A DNA stretch of 64,000 nt from Acholeplasmataceae bacterium. GTDB taxonomy: Bacteria; Bacillota_I; Bacilli_A; Acholeplasmatales; Acholeplasmataceae. Below the pieces are notes generated by a model that was not told the origin of the DNA, ran no database searches, and saw nothing but the letters and a program-made list of their open reading frames with translations. The stretch lies in the NCBI GenBank assembly GCA_963675245.1, contig OY775910.1:576001-640000 (forward strand). Reading direction: 5' to 3'. Shown piece by piece: positions 1 to 11,296 of the stretch. The number at the start of each line of letters is the position of its first letter. Position 1 is the stretch's first letter. The position numbers and the translations under genes were made by a program.

Positions 1-276
1 AGTTTTAACGACATTCTCATCCCAGTCAATCTTTGATTCAATATACATATCTTCTCTTTTGATACATTGATTTTTAATCGCTTGTGCGACTAAATATTCA
101 TTACGGTAAATAATCGCTGTATCAAACATGCGATATCCAACTTCAATTGCCCATTCCATTTCTTTTGAATCGTCAGTTAGTGCCGCATAAAAATCCGCAT
201 TTAATTTTCCATAACGACTTGTACCACACCCTATTTTAGGTATGACATAATTATTATTTAATTTGAAGTGTTCCAT
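1..276 (-). CDS. Aldo/keto reductase, 5' part (runs off window start)
   Basis: Manual translation from ATG at 276: MEHFKLNNNYVIPKIGCGT...GYRMFDTAIIYRNE...KREDMYIESK, matching AKR N-terminal motifs (DTAxxYxNE, REDxxIxSK); SD-like GGAGAGGAG upstream. Confidence 0.85.
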   Translation of the reverse strand, partial: MEHFKLNNNYVIPKIGCGTSRYGKLNADFYAALTDDSKEMEWAIEVGYRMFDTAIIYRNEYLVAQAIKNQCIKREDMYIESKIDWDENVVKT

Positions 277-305
277 AAAATCTCCTCTCCTTTATATCTT
301 ATATC

Positions 306-340
306 AAAAAGAGCCTATGCTAAATACATAAGCTCTTTTT
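306..340 (-). terminator. Probable intrinsic terminator after mscS
   Basis: Inverted repeat AAAAGAGC...GCTCTTTT flanked by A and T tracts. Confidence 0.6.
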
Positions 341-364
341 ATCATTATTTTTACTGTTCAATGA

Positions 365-1324
365 TTATCTTTCTTTTATATCGGTTGCTGATTGATGAAT
401 GACTAATTGTGGGAAAGGAATATTAATGCCGTGTTTATCAAATAAGATTTTCAGTTCTCTATTCATCGCACGACGTACTTCAGGTCTGTGCTTTTCTTGA
501 ACATATGCTGCGACTCTGACAACAACAGCTGAATCAGCAAGTTCTTCAACACCTTGATATACTGGTCCATCTACAATATTAGGAATAGCTTCTTTGATTT
601 TCGATAAATTTTCTTTAATAATGCGTTCAACGAATTCAACATCAGCACTATACTCAAAAGAAATATTGGATATAGCGATTGATAACTCATGTGATAGATT
701 GACGATTTCTCTAATATCTGAATTCGCAATAATCAATACGTTTCCGTTGATGTCTTTTATTCTAGTGTTTTTAGTCCCTATTTCCAAAACGGTTCCTCTA
801 AAATCATTGACCTCAACAATATCGCCAACAACGAATTGTTTCTGGAAGATAATCGCTAATCCAGCAAACACATCTTCTAATATACCTTGTGCACCAAATG
901 AAACAGCTAAACCAGCAATACCAGCACCAGCTAATAATGTTGGTGTTTGTACACCCCAAGCAGCTAGAATCAAGAATGCAGCAATCAATATAGTGATGTA
1001 CTTAACAATGTTGGCGAATAACACACCTAGTGTTTCACCACGTCTTCCTTTTCTTGTTAATAATTTCACAAGTAACATGAGCACATAATTTAAAACAAAT
1101 ACAAATAATAAAATTGCTAAACTTTCTAATAAAACGACGTAATTATTTTGAAAGAATCCAATGAGATCAAAGAACTTACCAATGGAATTATCTATGATAC
1201 TTTCAAATTGTGTTCCCTGAAATAATATACTTGCAAAACTTCCCATGAATACAAATGCAGCAATAATAATTAATACAATAATTAATTGAATACTGACTCT
1301 TCTCTTTTCTTTTTGTTCTTCCAT
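365..1324 (-). CDS. mscS: Small-conductance mechanosensitive channel family protein
   Basis: TM helices then LLAGAGIAGLAVSFGAQ, FVVGDIVEV and GINIPFPQ MscS motifs. Confidence 0.9.
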   Translation of the reverse strand: MEEQKEKRRVSIQLIIVLIIIAAFVFMGSFASILFQGTQFESIIDNSIGKFFDLIGFFQNNYVVLLESLAILLFVFVLNYVLMLLVKLLTRKGRRGETLGVLFANIVKYITILIAAFLILAAWGVQTPTLLAGAGIAGLAVSFGAQGILEDVFAGLAIIFQKQFVVGDIVEVNDFRGTVLEIGTKNTRIKDINGNVLIIANSDIREIVNLSHELSIAISNISFEYSADVEFVERIIKENLSKIKEAIPNIVDGPVYQGVEELADSAVVVRVAAYVQEKHRPEVRRAMNRELKILFDKHGINIPFPQLVIHQSATDIKER

Positions 1325-1335
1325 TTTCTCTCTCC

Positions 1336-2643
1336 TTATTCGATAATCTCATCATATATGACATGACGGATTGTAAAGTCTGTTTGATTTTGAACTTCAA
1401 TACTTAATCTATAACTTGTATCAACTGGTATATATACATTAAAGGTTACCGTCTTCTCATCACCATTTAATATGAAATCAGATGATTCACTATTCAACCA
1501 CATTTCTTGACCATCAATGATTTCATATATCTCATAAGATGGTACTTGGAAATAGTGGTTAGGATCTCTAAGTGTGATTGTTATTTCTAAGTAATCATCA
1601 TATGGTGTCACAGAATATGAGATGTTGTAATCTTCAAGTGTTGTTATTTCTTCTTCATAAATCACAGAGCTTTCACGTCTTAATGTAATAGGATTCTTAT
1701 ATGTCGCAATCCCCTCAATACGGTAAGTTTTACCCGAAGACAATCCTGTGATACCAGTAACAATATCATGATAATCATTTTCGCCTATATCGACATCAAC
1801 ACTCTTAATTAATATATTACCTATATACGCATTAAGTTGATAGGCAATTTCTAACTCAGGTTGCATATCCCCATATATTGAGAAATATACAGCATCATCA
1901 TTCATGCGTTCTACATACATCGAACTGTATAACTCGAATGGTGGTGTAACCCAAATGTCATCTAGTAATTCAGCACCATCTGCTGTCATACCTTCTAGAT
2001 AAATATGGAAAGGTTCAGTCGTATAAATATCAAACAATTCAATTTCCTCACGATTAGATGACACACTGACCGCACTATATTGAATCGGTAAATCAGGTTC
2101 CCACTCTACAGCGTAACCATAATATAACGTGACTGATTGATAAATTTGATCTGGGTCGTTAATGCTGACATCAACGACATAAGATGTTTCAAAATCGAGT
2201 TGAACCTTATCAACATTTAGAATCATGCCACCGACTGACGCTCTTGTTCGAACCATCCTACTATCAAGTCGTTCTTGCCCAAAACCTTTACTACCATATA
2301 TGTTTAACCAGTATTCTGTATTCGCTTCTAATTGTTCGAAGTATCCTGAATTTTCACCTAAACTAATTGGAGTTTCATAATATTCAAATTGATTTTCTAG
2401 TGTCACAACAAGTGTCGATAGATCAAGTGCATTATCTTCATCAGTAACTGTGACTTGATACGCTACAAGATCAATTGTAGATTCTATTTTAATAATCTCT
2501 GCTTTAGGTGATGCAGGTATAAAAACAACCGCTGCTACAATAGCGGCGGTTCCTACAACAAAAGAAGACATCAAATTTTTGATGATCTCAAAACGACGAT
2601 TGATTTCTTCTCCCTTTTCTTTTCGTGTACGCTTCTGTGCCAT
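1336..2643 (-). CDS. Hypothetical membrane-anchored protein, acidic beta-rich ectodomain
   Basis: 435-aa ORF with a single N-terminal hydrophobic segment; no family recognised. Confidence 0.7.
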   Translation of the reverse strand: MAQKRTRKEKGEEINRRFEIIKNLMSSFVVGTAAIVAAVVFIPASPKAEIIKIESTIDLVAYQVTVTDEDNALDLSTLVVTLENQFEYYETPISLGENSGYFEQLEANTEYWLNIYGSKGFGQERLDSRMVRTRASVGGMILNVDKVQLDFETSYVVDVSINDPDQIYQSVTLYYGYAVEWEPDLPIQYSAVSVSSNREEIELFDIYTTEPFHIYLEGMTADGAELLDDIWVTPPFELYSSMYVERMNDDAVYFSIYGDMQPELEIAYQLNAYIGNILIKSVDVDIGENDYHDIVTGITGLSSGKTYRIEGIATYKNPITLRRESSVIYEEEITTLEDYNISYSVTPYDDYLEITITLRDPNHYFQVPSYEIYEIIDGQEMWLNSESSDFILNGDEKTVTFNVYIPVDTSYRLSIEVQNQTDFTIRHVIYDEIIE

Positions 2644-3503
2644 GACTTGTCCTTATCCCTTAACATCATCATGCCGTATCGTGTTGTTTTTATATTTATT
2701 TCTATTATACGATATGAATGTTATTCTGTCATGTGTTTTTTATAATTATTATCATAAAGAAGAAAATCTTAAAATTATATGCAACATGAATCATAAGAAC
2801 TCACCTGTATTTTAATGAATTACATCTTTAAATTTTCAGGTGATAATGAAAACAGTATTTTATTTTTAAAGTAATCTCATTCTCCAACTATCCTTCAAAA
2901 TATGCAAACAAATCTTAAAATCAGATGCATTGAAGGAATTTGCATAAAAAAAGTTCATGGTATTGAACCACAAACATTTATGATCAAATAATAACCGTTA
3001 ATGGCTTGATAAGAACATTTAACATTATTTAATCTTAAAATCATACTGAATTCATCACTTTTTAAGTTTTTAAGTAGATTTTTTTTCAGATAATACCAAT
3101 TAGCCTTTCAAACTTTCTTTGACGTATATATCAAGTGTTTTGTTTTTAATGGTGAATGACTATGAACGTTTGAAGAGAAATCACACCTCTTGTAAGTGGC
3201 TTTATAGAGAGATTATACAGTATTTATAACGATTGTACTTATATTAACCATGAAATACCTTTATACGAACATGAGAAATCAATTTCAAAAAAATGTACTT
3301 TCATTTTTGCTCATTAAAAAGTGTGAATCAAACATTTTTAAAACATGTAAAAATCACTAAAAAATATTGAAACTCTCGGGTTGACTTATATGTAAAACGA
3401 TATCTAATCAAATCTTGATGCACTAAATATTTTATGGTCAAAAATCAGACTGTGACCAGTCAAATTCATATCTATAAAATTTGAAAGACTTTCTGTAACA
3501 TTT

Positions 3504-4724
3504 TTACAATGTGAGATGATCTGTTTCGACATCCTTAATTTTAGCGATACCCATTAAACTTAAAAATGGAACAACTAATAGTAACGCAGTTACCAAATAC
3601 ATCGATTGAATGTTAGTCAAATAAACTAATGTAACCATTAATGCACCCGAGATTAATTGACCAATTGAATCTAACTGTCCAAACCCACTAAGCACGGTTG
3701 CTTTAATTTTTGATGGTGTATTGATAATAAGAATGGCATTCAAAAGTGGTTCTGCCCCTTCTTTCACAATTGTGAAAAATACGAATCCAAATAACGCGAC
3801 ATACATGAATGGTAAATATGCAAACATTAAAATGCCAATTATCATCATAAACAAAAGATAAGCACTCCAGATTGCTAGATGGTTTTGTTTTTTAACAAAT
3901 TTCTTAATGAATTGTAAAAATATAAAACCTACAATGGCGATAACGCCATTAACGCTCGCTATCATCCAAATCGGTTCCCATCCATTCAATCCTCTAAATC
4001 CGAGATCGTCTAATATGAAAAGTTCATATGTGCGATCGATACCTTCGCTAAATAGTCCAATAAATAACATGACTATAAACATAAGTCTTAATACGTTATG
4101 TTTTTTAACATGTTTGAATCCGTGCGCTAATTGATTAAAGTACTCTTTATAAAATGGTATGTCGTGTGGTTCTTTATGAAAGTGTTCTTCTTTCATTGAT
4201 AACAAACTAAATAGACCTAAAAAGATGAAAATACCACCGGCAACATAAATACCTAACCTAATAGAAAACGTACCAATGAGACCAGCTAACAAAATACCCA
4301 CAAAGGAAAATAACTTATTCATTTGCTGGCCAGTAATCAACGTTTTTTGAACATTAATATTCATTGTTTCATCACTTACCCATGAATCTAATGCACCACT
4401 AATAAATGTATATCCAAAACCCCAAACGATCTGGGCGATAAAAATTATCGCGAAATATGTCGTTAACGCTTCTAAAGCAAACCCTATACCAATAATAAAT
4501 AATCCGATGATCACACTTAATCTTCTACTCTTTAAATCAGCAATAATACCTGTGGGTACTTCAAAAAGTAGAACAGCAATCTCCAAAGCGGTCCCTAACA
4601 AGATCAGTTGATATGCTTCAAGATTTGCGATATCGATGCGATAAAGAACAGATATCGTAAACATCATATGAAACGATAATCCCATAACACTTCTTAAGAT
4701 GTAGTATACTTTTTTAGCATTCAT
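3504..4724 (-). CDS. MFS transporter (TetA(P)-like)
   Basis: About 12 TM segments; FEVPTGIIADLKSRR MFS motif-A-like sequence. Confidence 0.85.
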   Translation of the reverse strand: MNAKKVYYILRSVMGLSFHMMFTISVLYRIDIANLEAYQLILLGTALEIAVLLFEVPTGIIADLKSRRLSVIIGLFIIGIGFALEALTTYFAIIFIAQIVWGFGYTFISGALDSWVSDETMNINVQKTLITGQQMNKLFSFVGILLAGLIGTFSIRLGIYVAGGIFIFLGLFSLLSMKEEHFHKEPHDIPFYKEYFNQLAHGFKHVKKHNVLRLMFIVMLFIGLFSEGIDRTYELFILDDLGFRGLNGWEPIWMIASVNGVIAIVGFIFLQFIKKFVKKQNHLAIWSAYLLFMMIIGILMFAYLPFMYVALFGFVFFTIVKEGAEPLLNAILIINTPSKIKATVLSGFGQLDSIGQLISGALMVTLVYLTNIQSMYLVTALLLVVPFLSLMGIAKIKDVETDHLTL

Positions 4725-4796
4725 TAATCGACCTACTTATATGATATGAATATAGTATATCTTATAACCACATAAAAAAGAAAACGCCAGTTGAAA

Positions 4797-5462
4797 TTAT
4801 CCAACGAGCGCTTTTTTATTTAATTTGCTTGTTCTTGTTCCATCTAACATTTTAATTGTAAATGATTTAGACATGTTTAATAATAAGGTGAAGACAATCA
4901 TCGCGACAATCGTTCCTTCTCTAATGAAATACGCTTCATTAAAAATGAATGACAAGGCGATGGATGATGCGAATAGAATCACATCTAAACCATATCTTGC
5001 TTTTACAAACGATATTGTTTTGTTCTTCTCAAGTTGGTAACATGACGCTTCTACTGGGAAAGTGATGACTTGAAGTACAGTGATGATGCCAATTGATACT
5101 GCTGATATCGAAATGCCTAAGATTAAGAAAACAAATCTTGTCACATAATTCGATACTTCAAATAAACTGAATACATTATAAACCAATAAATTTACGATTA
5201 AACCAAAGATAATAATTGAGATGATTTGAATGATGTATGTATATATATATTTACCTTTAGATAAAAACATAAAGATAAAAACAAATAGGATATTAGTTAT
5301 TGATACGATGGTTCCTACTCTGATGGATGTCACAACAGACACTGAATTTGTAAAAGCGTAGAAAGCATCCATACCTATATTTGCTTTTACGACGAAACTC
5401 GCACCTACTGCAACCATTAAATAAAATAGACTTGATACAATAATTTTGGTTCTTAATTTCAT
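4797..5462 (-). CDS. YczE/YyaS/YitT-like membrane protein
   Basis: Multi-TM; ANIGMD and IREGT motifs typical of the family. Confidence 0.65.
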   Translation of the reverse strand: MKLRTKIIVSSLFYLMVAVGASFVVKANIGMDAFYAFTNSVSVVTSIRVGTIVSITNILFVFIFMFLSKGKYIYTYIIQIISIIIFGLIVNLLVYNVFSLFEVSNYVTRFVFLILGISISAVSIGIITVLQVITFPVEASCYQLEKNKTISFVKARYGLDVILFASSIALSFIFNEAYFIREGTIVAMIVFTLLLNMSKSFTIKMLDGTRTSKLNKKALVG

Positions 5463-5623
5463 GTGTTATTAATCCTTTATTGTGCCATTGCACAAGCATC
5501 ATTATACACCAATTAAATTCAAGAAATGAATGACTTTGATTATAAATTGATGTGATAATGTTTTCATTTTGAAAAAGAAAGAATCTATACCTCTAAAATG
5601 TGTATAGATTCTATATTATTACA

Positions 5624-6679
5624 TTATTTGTTGTGTTGATTTCTTTCTGTCAATCCTTTTTCAACTAGCGGTTTGACTTGTGAGCCAAACAACTCTATTG
5701 ATTTCATCACGAGTGTATGATCAAGTGGACCCACTGGTGTGTGTATAGCAAATCTATCGACATCTAATATATCAATGAGATTGAGTATTTTGTTTGCGAC
5801 ATATTCAGGATCACCAACATATAGTGCGCCTTCTCTGCTATTGGCACTTTCATAGCTTGATCTTGTATATGCACCCCATCCACGTTCTTTACCAATCATA
5901 TTCATCGCTTTTGCCATGGATGGATAATACTCATCCATTGCCAGTTCATACGTATCAGATACATAACCATGAGAATGAACCGATATGAACATCTTACGTT
6001 CATCATGACCATATTCTCTGTATGTTTTTTTATAAAGATCAACTAAACCTTTAAACATTCTAGGGCTGCCCCCAATAATGGCTAAGAAGAGTGGTAAACC
6101 ATATCGTCCGGCACGTATAACAGATTCAGGTGTCCCTCCAACCGCGACACTAATCGCTAAGTTGTTTGTTCTAGGATATACCCCTAAATGATTGATTGAA
6201 GCTCTATGTTTGCCTGTGAATTCAACGAATTCGTTATCTCTAATCTTAACGAGCAAATCTAATTTTTCATTAAATAGTTCATTATAATCGTGAAGACTAT
6301 ATCCAAACAATGGAAACGATTCAATGAATGATCCTCTACCCACCATGATCTCTGCTCTTCCGTTTGATAGTGCATTAAGGGTTGCGAAGTTTTGATAAAC
6401 TCTCACTGGATCTTCACTCGATAATACTGTGACGGCACTACCAAGTTTGATGTGCTTCGTCATTGGTGCAGCTGCAGCCAATATCATATGTGGTGCTGAA
6501 GCGGCATATTCAACTCTGTGGTGTTCACCAACACCAAAATAATCTAAACCTAAATCATCGGCTAATTTAATTTCATCAACGACTTGTCTTATACGTTCAT
6601 CATAAGCGACTGTTTGATGTGTTTCTGGGTTCTCCATCACTTCTGCAAATGTTGTGATACCCAATTCTATTTTTCTCAT
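5624..6679 (-). CDS. LLM-class (luciferase-like) flavin-dependent oxidoreductase
   Basis: GVGEHH, LSSEDPVRVYQNFATL and GRGSFIESFPLFG motifs. Confidence 0.9.
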   Translation of the reverse strand: MRKIELGITTFAEVMENPETHQTVAYDERIRQVVDEIKLADDLGLDYFGVGEHHRVEYAASAPHMILAAAAPMTKHIKLGSAVTVLSSEDPVRVYQNFATLNALSNGRAEIMVGRGSFIESFPLFGYSLHDYNELFNEKLDLLVKIRDNEFVEFTGKHRASINHLGVYPRTNNLAISVAVGGTPESVIRAGRYGLPLFLAIIGGSPRMFKGLVDLYKKTYREYGHDERKMFISVHSHGYVSDTYELAMDEYYPSMAKAMNMIGKERGWGAYTRSSYESANSREGALYVGDPEYVANKILNLIDILDVDRFAIHTPVGPLDHTLVMKSIELFGSQVKPLVEKGLTERNQHNK

Positions 6680-6766
6680 TTATACCACCTGATTTTCTCT
6701 TGATTGCTTTAATCGCGTATATTCTATATCAGTGTGATACTTTAATCAAATGAAGCGCTTGGTAGT

Positions 6767-8086
6767 TTATTGTATGTCACTTAAAAATCGTTTAAACTTA
6801 TTCTTCTCTTTAGGAAGATCAATCTTTGATACACTTATGTGAATACTCGGTTCAGATATATCGTATTGTGCGAGTTCCTGTATAAGCTTATCGCGAAGTA
6901 CTGTTATGACACTTTGATCTTTTTTTAATAAATCTATTGTAATATCAAGTTTGTTTATCTCATGTTGGACGACTTGAAATTCTCTAATGAGATCACTTGA
7001 TACAATGATCCATCTCACAAATAAATCAGGATAAATGATTTTTTTGTTGAGCTCTTTATCATAGAAATAAAGTAAGTCATCATGTCTTCCTAATACCTTT
7101 TTAATTCTTCTAAAATGTGAGCCACACGAACACGTTGTATCAAGAACAATCATATCGTTCATTTCATAACGTATGAGTGGCTGCGCTTGATTGATTAAAT
7201 TAGTGATAATCATTTTATGACCAACAACATTATCTTCAGTGATTAAATGATCATCTTCATCATATAATTCAACATACACCAAATCTTCATTGATATGTAA
7301 ATGACCCTCTTTACAAGCACTTGCCATTTGGCCTTCACTTGCTTGATATATCTCTATTACAGATGTTTTAAATGCGTTCTTAAACCTTGACTTGTCTTCT
7401 TCATTTAAAACTTCTGCATATGTAACAATCTGTTTCAAAGGTACCTGAATTTGATTAGCTAATGGTAATAGTTGTCTTAAAAGACTAGGCGGTGCCATGA
7501 TGATATTCATCTTATGTGTATTAATCGTATGTATGATGTCATGAACATCCGTCATGGTGGATAAATATTTAAGTGAAACAACGTTGGAATTAATATCCTC
7601 AAAGCCTTGAGAAAACACTCTTAATAGGAATAAAATTCTAAATGGCAATTGTCGTAATTTTAAACCACTTCTTGCTAAAAAAACGAATGGTAATCTTCTC
7701 GTAAGTTCCTTAGGTGTTAAATAGATACCTTTATTACCACTGGTGCCACTTGATAGACCAACAACAAATTCATCTTTATAATAGCCATAATAGTCTTTAT
7801 TCACTTCTTTTTCGACAGCATATGCCAATACATCATCTTTATTAATACCTACCGTATTTAAATCAGAGAAGTTATCCATCATGATTTGTTTATTAATCGT
7901 TGGTAAATGATAAAAGTCTTCAAAACTATGAACATCATATCCCTCATATAGACGTGCATAAAAGGGGCTATTCGCCTTTGCATATGATATGATTTTTTTA
8001 ATTTCTTTCAATTGATACTGCTTAATACGTTTCGTGGAATAGTGTGATCTGTGATGTACCAGTCGAAAATAATCAAGTATCCCCAT
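6767..8086 (-). CDS. Adenylate-forming enzyme (F390 synthetase / phenylacetate-CoA ligase-like)
   Basis: SSGTSG loop, EIYQASEG, PLIRYEMND and GRHDD; start placed at ATG 8086 just after the upstream stop. Confidence 0.8.
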   Translation of the reverse strand: MGILDYFRLVHHRSHYSTKRIKQYQLKEIKKIISYAKANSPFYARLYEGYDVHSFEDFYHLPTINKQIMMDNFSDLNTVGINKDDVLAYAVEKEVNKDYYGYYKDEFVVGLSSGTSGNKGIYLTPKELTRRLPFVFLARSGLKLRQLPFRILFLLRVFSQGFEDINSNVVSLKYLSTMTDVHDIIHTINTHKMNIIMAPPSLLRQLLPLANQIQVPLKQIVTYAEVLNEEDKSRFKNAFKTSVIEIYQASEGQMASACKEGHLHINEDLVYVELYDEDDHLITEDNVVGHKMIITNLINQAQPLIRYEMNDMIVLDTTCSCGSHFRRIKKVLGRHDDLLYFYDKELNKKIIYPDLFVRWIIVSSDLIREFQVVQHEINKLDITIDLLKKDQSVITVLRDKLIQELAQYDISEPSIHISVSKIDLPKEKNKFKRFLSDIQ

Positions 8087-8090
8087 TGAT

Positions 8091-9317
8091 TTACCCTTGA
8101 AGTTTTTCTTCTTTTTGTGAACCACCAAAGTGTTTCATAAACTTAACATATCCATATTCAATACCATATTTGTAATGTGCTTTTTGCCACAACATTAATA
8201 CGAATCCCCAGAATATAGCAATCACTACCCCGATAACAACCGATGTATACATACCAAGATATAAGTTGGCATCAATAAGTAACATGAATTGTTTCAATGC
8301 ACTTGAGAATAATTGTTCGACAAAGAAAACCGTCAACCCAGCTACACCAAAACGATATAGGAAATTAGAAACAACATTCAATTTAGATGACGCGCCATCT
8401 TTATCATAAATAGAGATGAATAAATAGATTAACAATTGGAATAAACCAATCTGGAAGACCATGATACCATACCATGTATAATCGATTAATCGATCTAACA
8501 TCGTTTCTTCCGCTGTTAAATAAATAACTAAACCGACAACAAAAAATAAAATACCACTGGTTAAGATCATTAATTTCGTTTTCTTCTTATTGTTTTCAAT
8601 TAACAATGTCGCAATCCATGAACCAAACAATCCGAATGATAAGAATGGTAAAATAGGATTATTTTTGTTGATGAAGAAGTTCATCACAAGTGCTAATCCA
8701 TATTGGTTATTATCTCTCACATCTAAATACGTTGTATATAAAGGAATTCTGACTGTACTTAAGATAAGAACAGCCACCGCTAATATAAGAAAATAATAAG
8801 AACGCTTCTTATCATCTTTAATCCATTTGAAGCCTAACGCTATAATTAGCCCCATTAAGATGATGTTAATTCCTATCATGACAAGTGAATCAACATATAA
8901 AATACGATCAATAGAAGGCCATATAAAGCGTCCACTTTTAATTAATTCAACCAGAATACTTTGGTCCATTGATCTCGTATCAAAATGAATAATACCTGGG
9001 CCAGTGAATAAAAAGTATATATAGGCAATTAATAAAACATATAACCCAGCAAAACATGCATATTTAATAAGTGATTTTAACGATTGTCCTTTTTCTTTAT
9101 GTTTTCTATAAAATTGTAGGGTATGAACAATACCACTGATCATCGCGAACAAACCAGCAAACATTAAGATAAACCCGATTAACGTAATGATGAGAGGTGG
9201 GCTATTTAGATCAAGATCATAAATGCCATCAAAATAGTAAAAAGCTGTATGTAACACCAACACACCAAAAATACCTAATCCTCTCAAAACATCTAAACCC
9301 ATGTAATGCTTTTTCAT
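8091..9317 (-). CDS. Multi-pass membrane protein, acyltransferase-3/HGSNAT-like
   Basis: N-terminal LDVLRGLGI motif, about 10 TM; SD GAAGGAG before ATG 9317. Confidence 0.6.
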   Translation of the reverse strand: MKKHYMGLDVLRGLGIFGVLVLHTAFYYFDGIYDLDLNSPPLIITLIGFILMFAGLFAMISGIVHTLQFYRKHKEKGQSLKSLIKYACFAGLYVLLIAYIYFLFTGPGIIHFDTRSMDQSILVELIKSGRFIWPSIDRILYVDSLVMIGINIILMGLIIALGFKWIKDDKKRSYYFLILAVAVLILSTVRIPLYTTYLDVRDNNQYGLALVMNFFINKNNPILPFLSFGLFGSWIATLLIENNKKKTKLMILTSGILFFVVGLVIYLTAEETMLDRLIDYTWYGIMVFQIGLFQLLIYLFISIYDKDGASSKLNVVSNFLYRFGVAGLTVFFVEQLFSSALKQFMLLIDANLYLGMYTSVVIGVVIAIFWGFVLMLWQKAHYKYGIEYGYVKFMKHFGGSQKEEKLQG

Positions 9318-9437
9318 ATGTGTCTCCTTCTTGATCAATCTTATATTACTGTTTACAAGTATATATGATGATGTCAAAATCGCATGGCTATACACATATC
9401 ATATATGAAACACATACAACTTACAACCTACAGAAAT

Positions 9438-9471
9438 AAAAAAGGGACTCTATTGCTAGAGAACCCTTTTT
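9438..9471 (-). terminator. Terminator after cold-shock gene
   Basis: AAAAAGGG..CTCT...AGAG..CCCTTTTT inverted repeat. Confidence 0.65.
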
Positions 9472-9488
9472 ATAGACTCATTTGTAAT

Positions 9489-9686
9489 TTATAGTTTTAC
9501 AACGTTTGCAGCTGTTTCGCCGCGATCGCTTGATTTAACTTCAAATTCTACTTTGTCGCCTTCGTCTAATGATTTGTAACCATCAGATTGAATTGCGCTG
9601 AAGTGTACAAATACATCTTTGCCTTCTTCTGTTGAGATAAATCCATATCCCTTGTCAGAATTGAACCATTTTACTGTTCCTGTCAT
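9489..9686 (-). CDS. cspA: Cold-shock protein
   Basis: [15 protein letters not shown] (RNP1) and VFVHFSAI (RNP2). Confidence 0.95.
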   Translation of the reverse strand: MTGTVKWFNSDKGYGFISTEEGKDVFVHFSAIQSDGYKSLDEGDKVEFEVKSSDRGETAANVVKL

Positions 9687-9746
9687 GTCGCTTACTCCTT
9701 TTACTTTTTATTTTGATAAACTGCCATATCATGTTGCACCTTTGTA

Positions 9747-9774
9747 AGTATACCGCATTTTTCGCCATTTGCAA
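9747..9774 (-). promoter_or_regulatory. Sigma70-type promoter of csp gene
   Basis: Minus strand TTGCAA-N16-TATACT. Confidence 0.6.
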
Positions 9775-9835
9775 CATAATAATGCATTTATATCCAAAGA
9801 AAATTTTATTTTTAATCTAAAATGCTATAAATAGC

Positions 9836-11176
9836 CTATATTTGCTTTTTATTTCTTTCAATCATCGTGTATACGAAATAACCAATGATTAATACACCAA
9901 CACCGATAATCGATGGTAACCAACTCTCAACAAGTGTTGCGATGAGTAACATAACAAGACCAAATATCGCTAGTGCGGGTACATAAGGATATCCCCATAC
10001 TTGATATCTTGGGTATTGATCAACTGGATGAGTTTTTCTAAATCTGAATAATGATATAAAAATTAATGTGTTAAATATTAAGCCAGCAAACACAACAAAC
10101 GTCAATAACGATTCAACACTGATTGCAGTAAAAATAAATTCTAACCATACCAAAATACTCGCAAACAGTGCAGAAAGAATTAATGCTACAGCAGGTGTAT
10201 GATAAACCGGATGTTCCGTTTCAACTGCTTTAAAGAATAAACCATCTTGTGCCATTTTTTGATAGACTCTTGGAAAAACCAATATACTACCATTTAATGC
10301 ACCAAATACAGAAATTCCTACTGAGATCATAATGAGTAATTGACCGACATCACCGAATAGTGCATAAGCGGCATTAAATATAAACCAACCATTATATGCT
10401 GAAAGTAAATCTGCATAAGCAACCACCCGATATAACGATATGATAAACAATACATAAATAATCATGACGCCAATGGTTGCGATTGATAACGATTTAGGCA
10501 AATCGTTTTTAGCATCTTTCATATGTCCGGCTATCGCATTTAAGTTAGTCCATCCTTCATATGCCCATAACGTACCGACAACTGCAAACCCAAATCCAAC
10601 CAATATTTGGAAAAATGATTGTCCAGACATCACTGATGTCCAAACGATTTGTTGTCTACCTATGATTAATCCCATCACAATAATCATCGCGATTGGAATA
10701 AGCTTAGCAACAGTGAAAATCATTTGAATAATTGTACCAAATTTCAATCCGAAATAATTAATTGTTGTAAGCAGTGCAATCACTAACACAGCAATCAAAC
10801 TGATCCATGATGCTAAACCAGGAAATATATTAGACATCACCTGTCCAAACAGTATCGCTAGTAACGCAATACTTCCTGATGATGAAAGTATTAAATTCAT
10901 AAACCCTGATAAAAAAGCGACTTTATGCCCATAAGCTTTTTTAAGATAAAGATAGTATCCACCATTTTCTGGAAATAAAGTGCCAAGCTCTGCATAAGAT
11001 AATCCGGAAAATAATGTGATTAACCCACCAACAATCCACGCGAGTATTGATAAAGGTAATGATGCGAATGATCGATTAAGTATTTGGAATCCTAAAAAGA
11101 AAATACCCGAACCAATCATAATACCAGCTAAAATTGAAACACCACCCCATACACTAATGATCTTACGTTTTTCCAT
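9836..11176 (-). CDS. APC-family (LAT-like) amino acid permease
   Basis: IGSGIF, SYAELGT..P..GG.Y.YL and WAYEGW motifs; about 12 TM. Confidence 0.9.
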   Translation of the reverse strand: MEKRKIISVWGGVSILAGIMIGSGIFFLGFQILNRSFASLPLSILAWIVGGLITLFSGLSYAELGTLFPENGGYYLYLKKAYGHKVAFLSGFMNLILSSSGSIALLAILFGQVMSNIFPGLASWISLIAVLVIALLTTINYFGLKFGTIIQMIFTVAKLIPIAMIIVMGLIIGRQQIVWTSVMSGQSFFQILVGFGFAVVGTLWAYEGWTNLNAIAGHMKDAKNDLPKSLSIATIGVMIIYVLFIISLYRVVAYADLLSAYNGWFIFNAAYALFGDVGQLLIMISVGISVFGALNGSILVFPRVYQKMAQDGLFFKAVETEHPVYHTPAVALILSALFASILVWLEFIFTAISVESLLTFVVFAGLIFNTLIFISLFRFRKTHPVDQYPRYQVWGYPYVPALAIFGLVMLLIATLVESWLPSIIGVGVLIIGYFVYTMIERNKKQI

Positions 11177-11296
11177 ACGTTCCTCCTAATATCATTTGTC
11201 ATTGATGTCTCATTCATTATGTGACATGTAGATTTTACCATTTTAGCAATTTTATATATAGAGAAATACATGAATTTTTTACCACTTAATTAAATG

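Noticed and set aside
2644..3503. 860-bp AT-rich intergenic gap, checked for a hidden gene, array or ncRNA
   Set aside because: No credible ORF or repeat unit; an SD-like AGAGGTG on the minus strand near 3185 is not followed by a start codon and open frame; possibly decayed DNA
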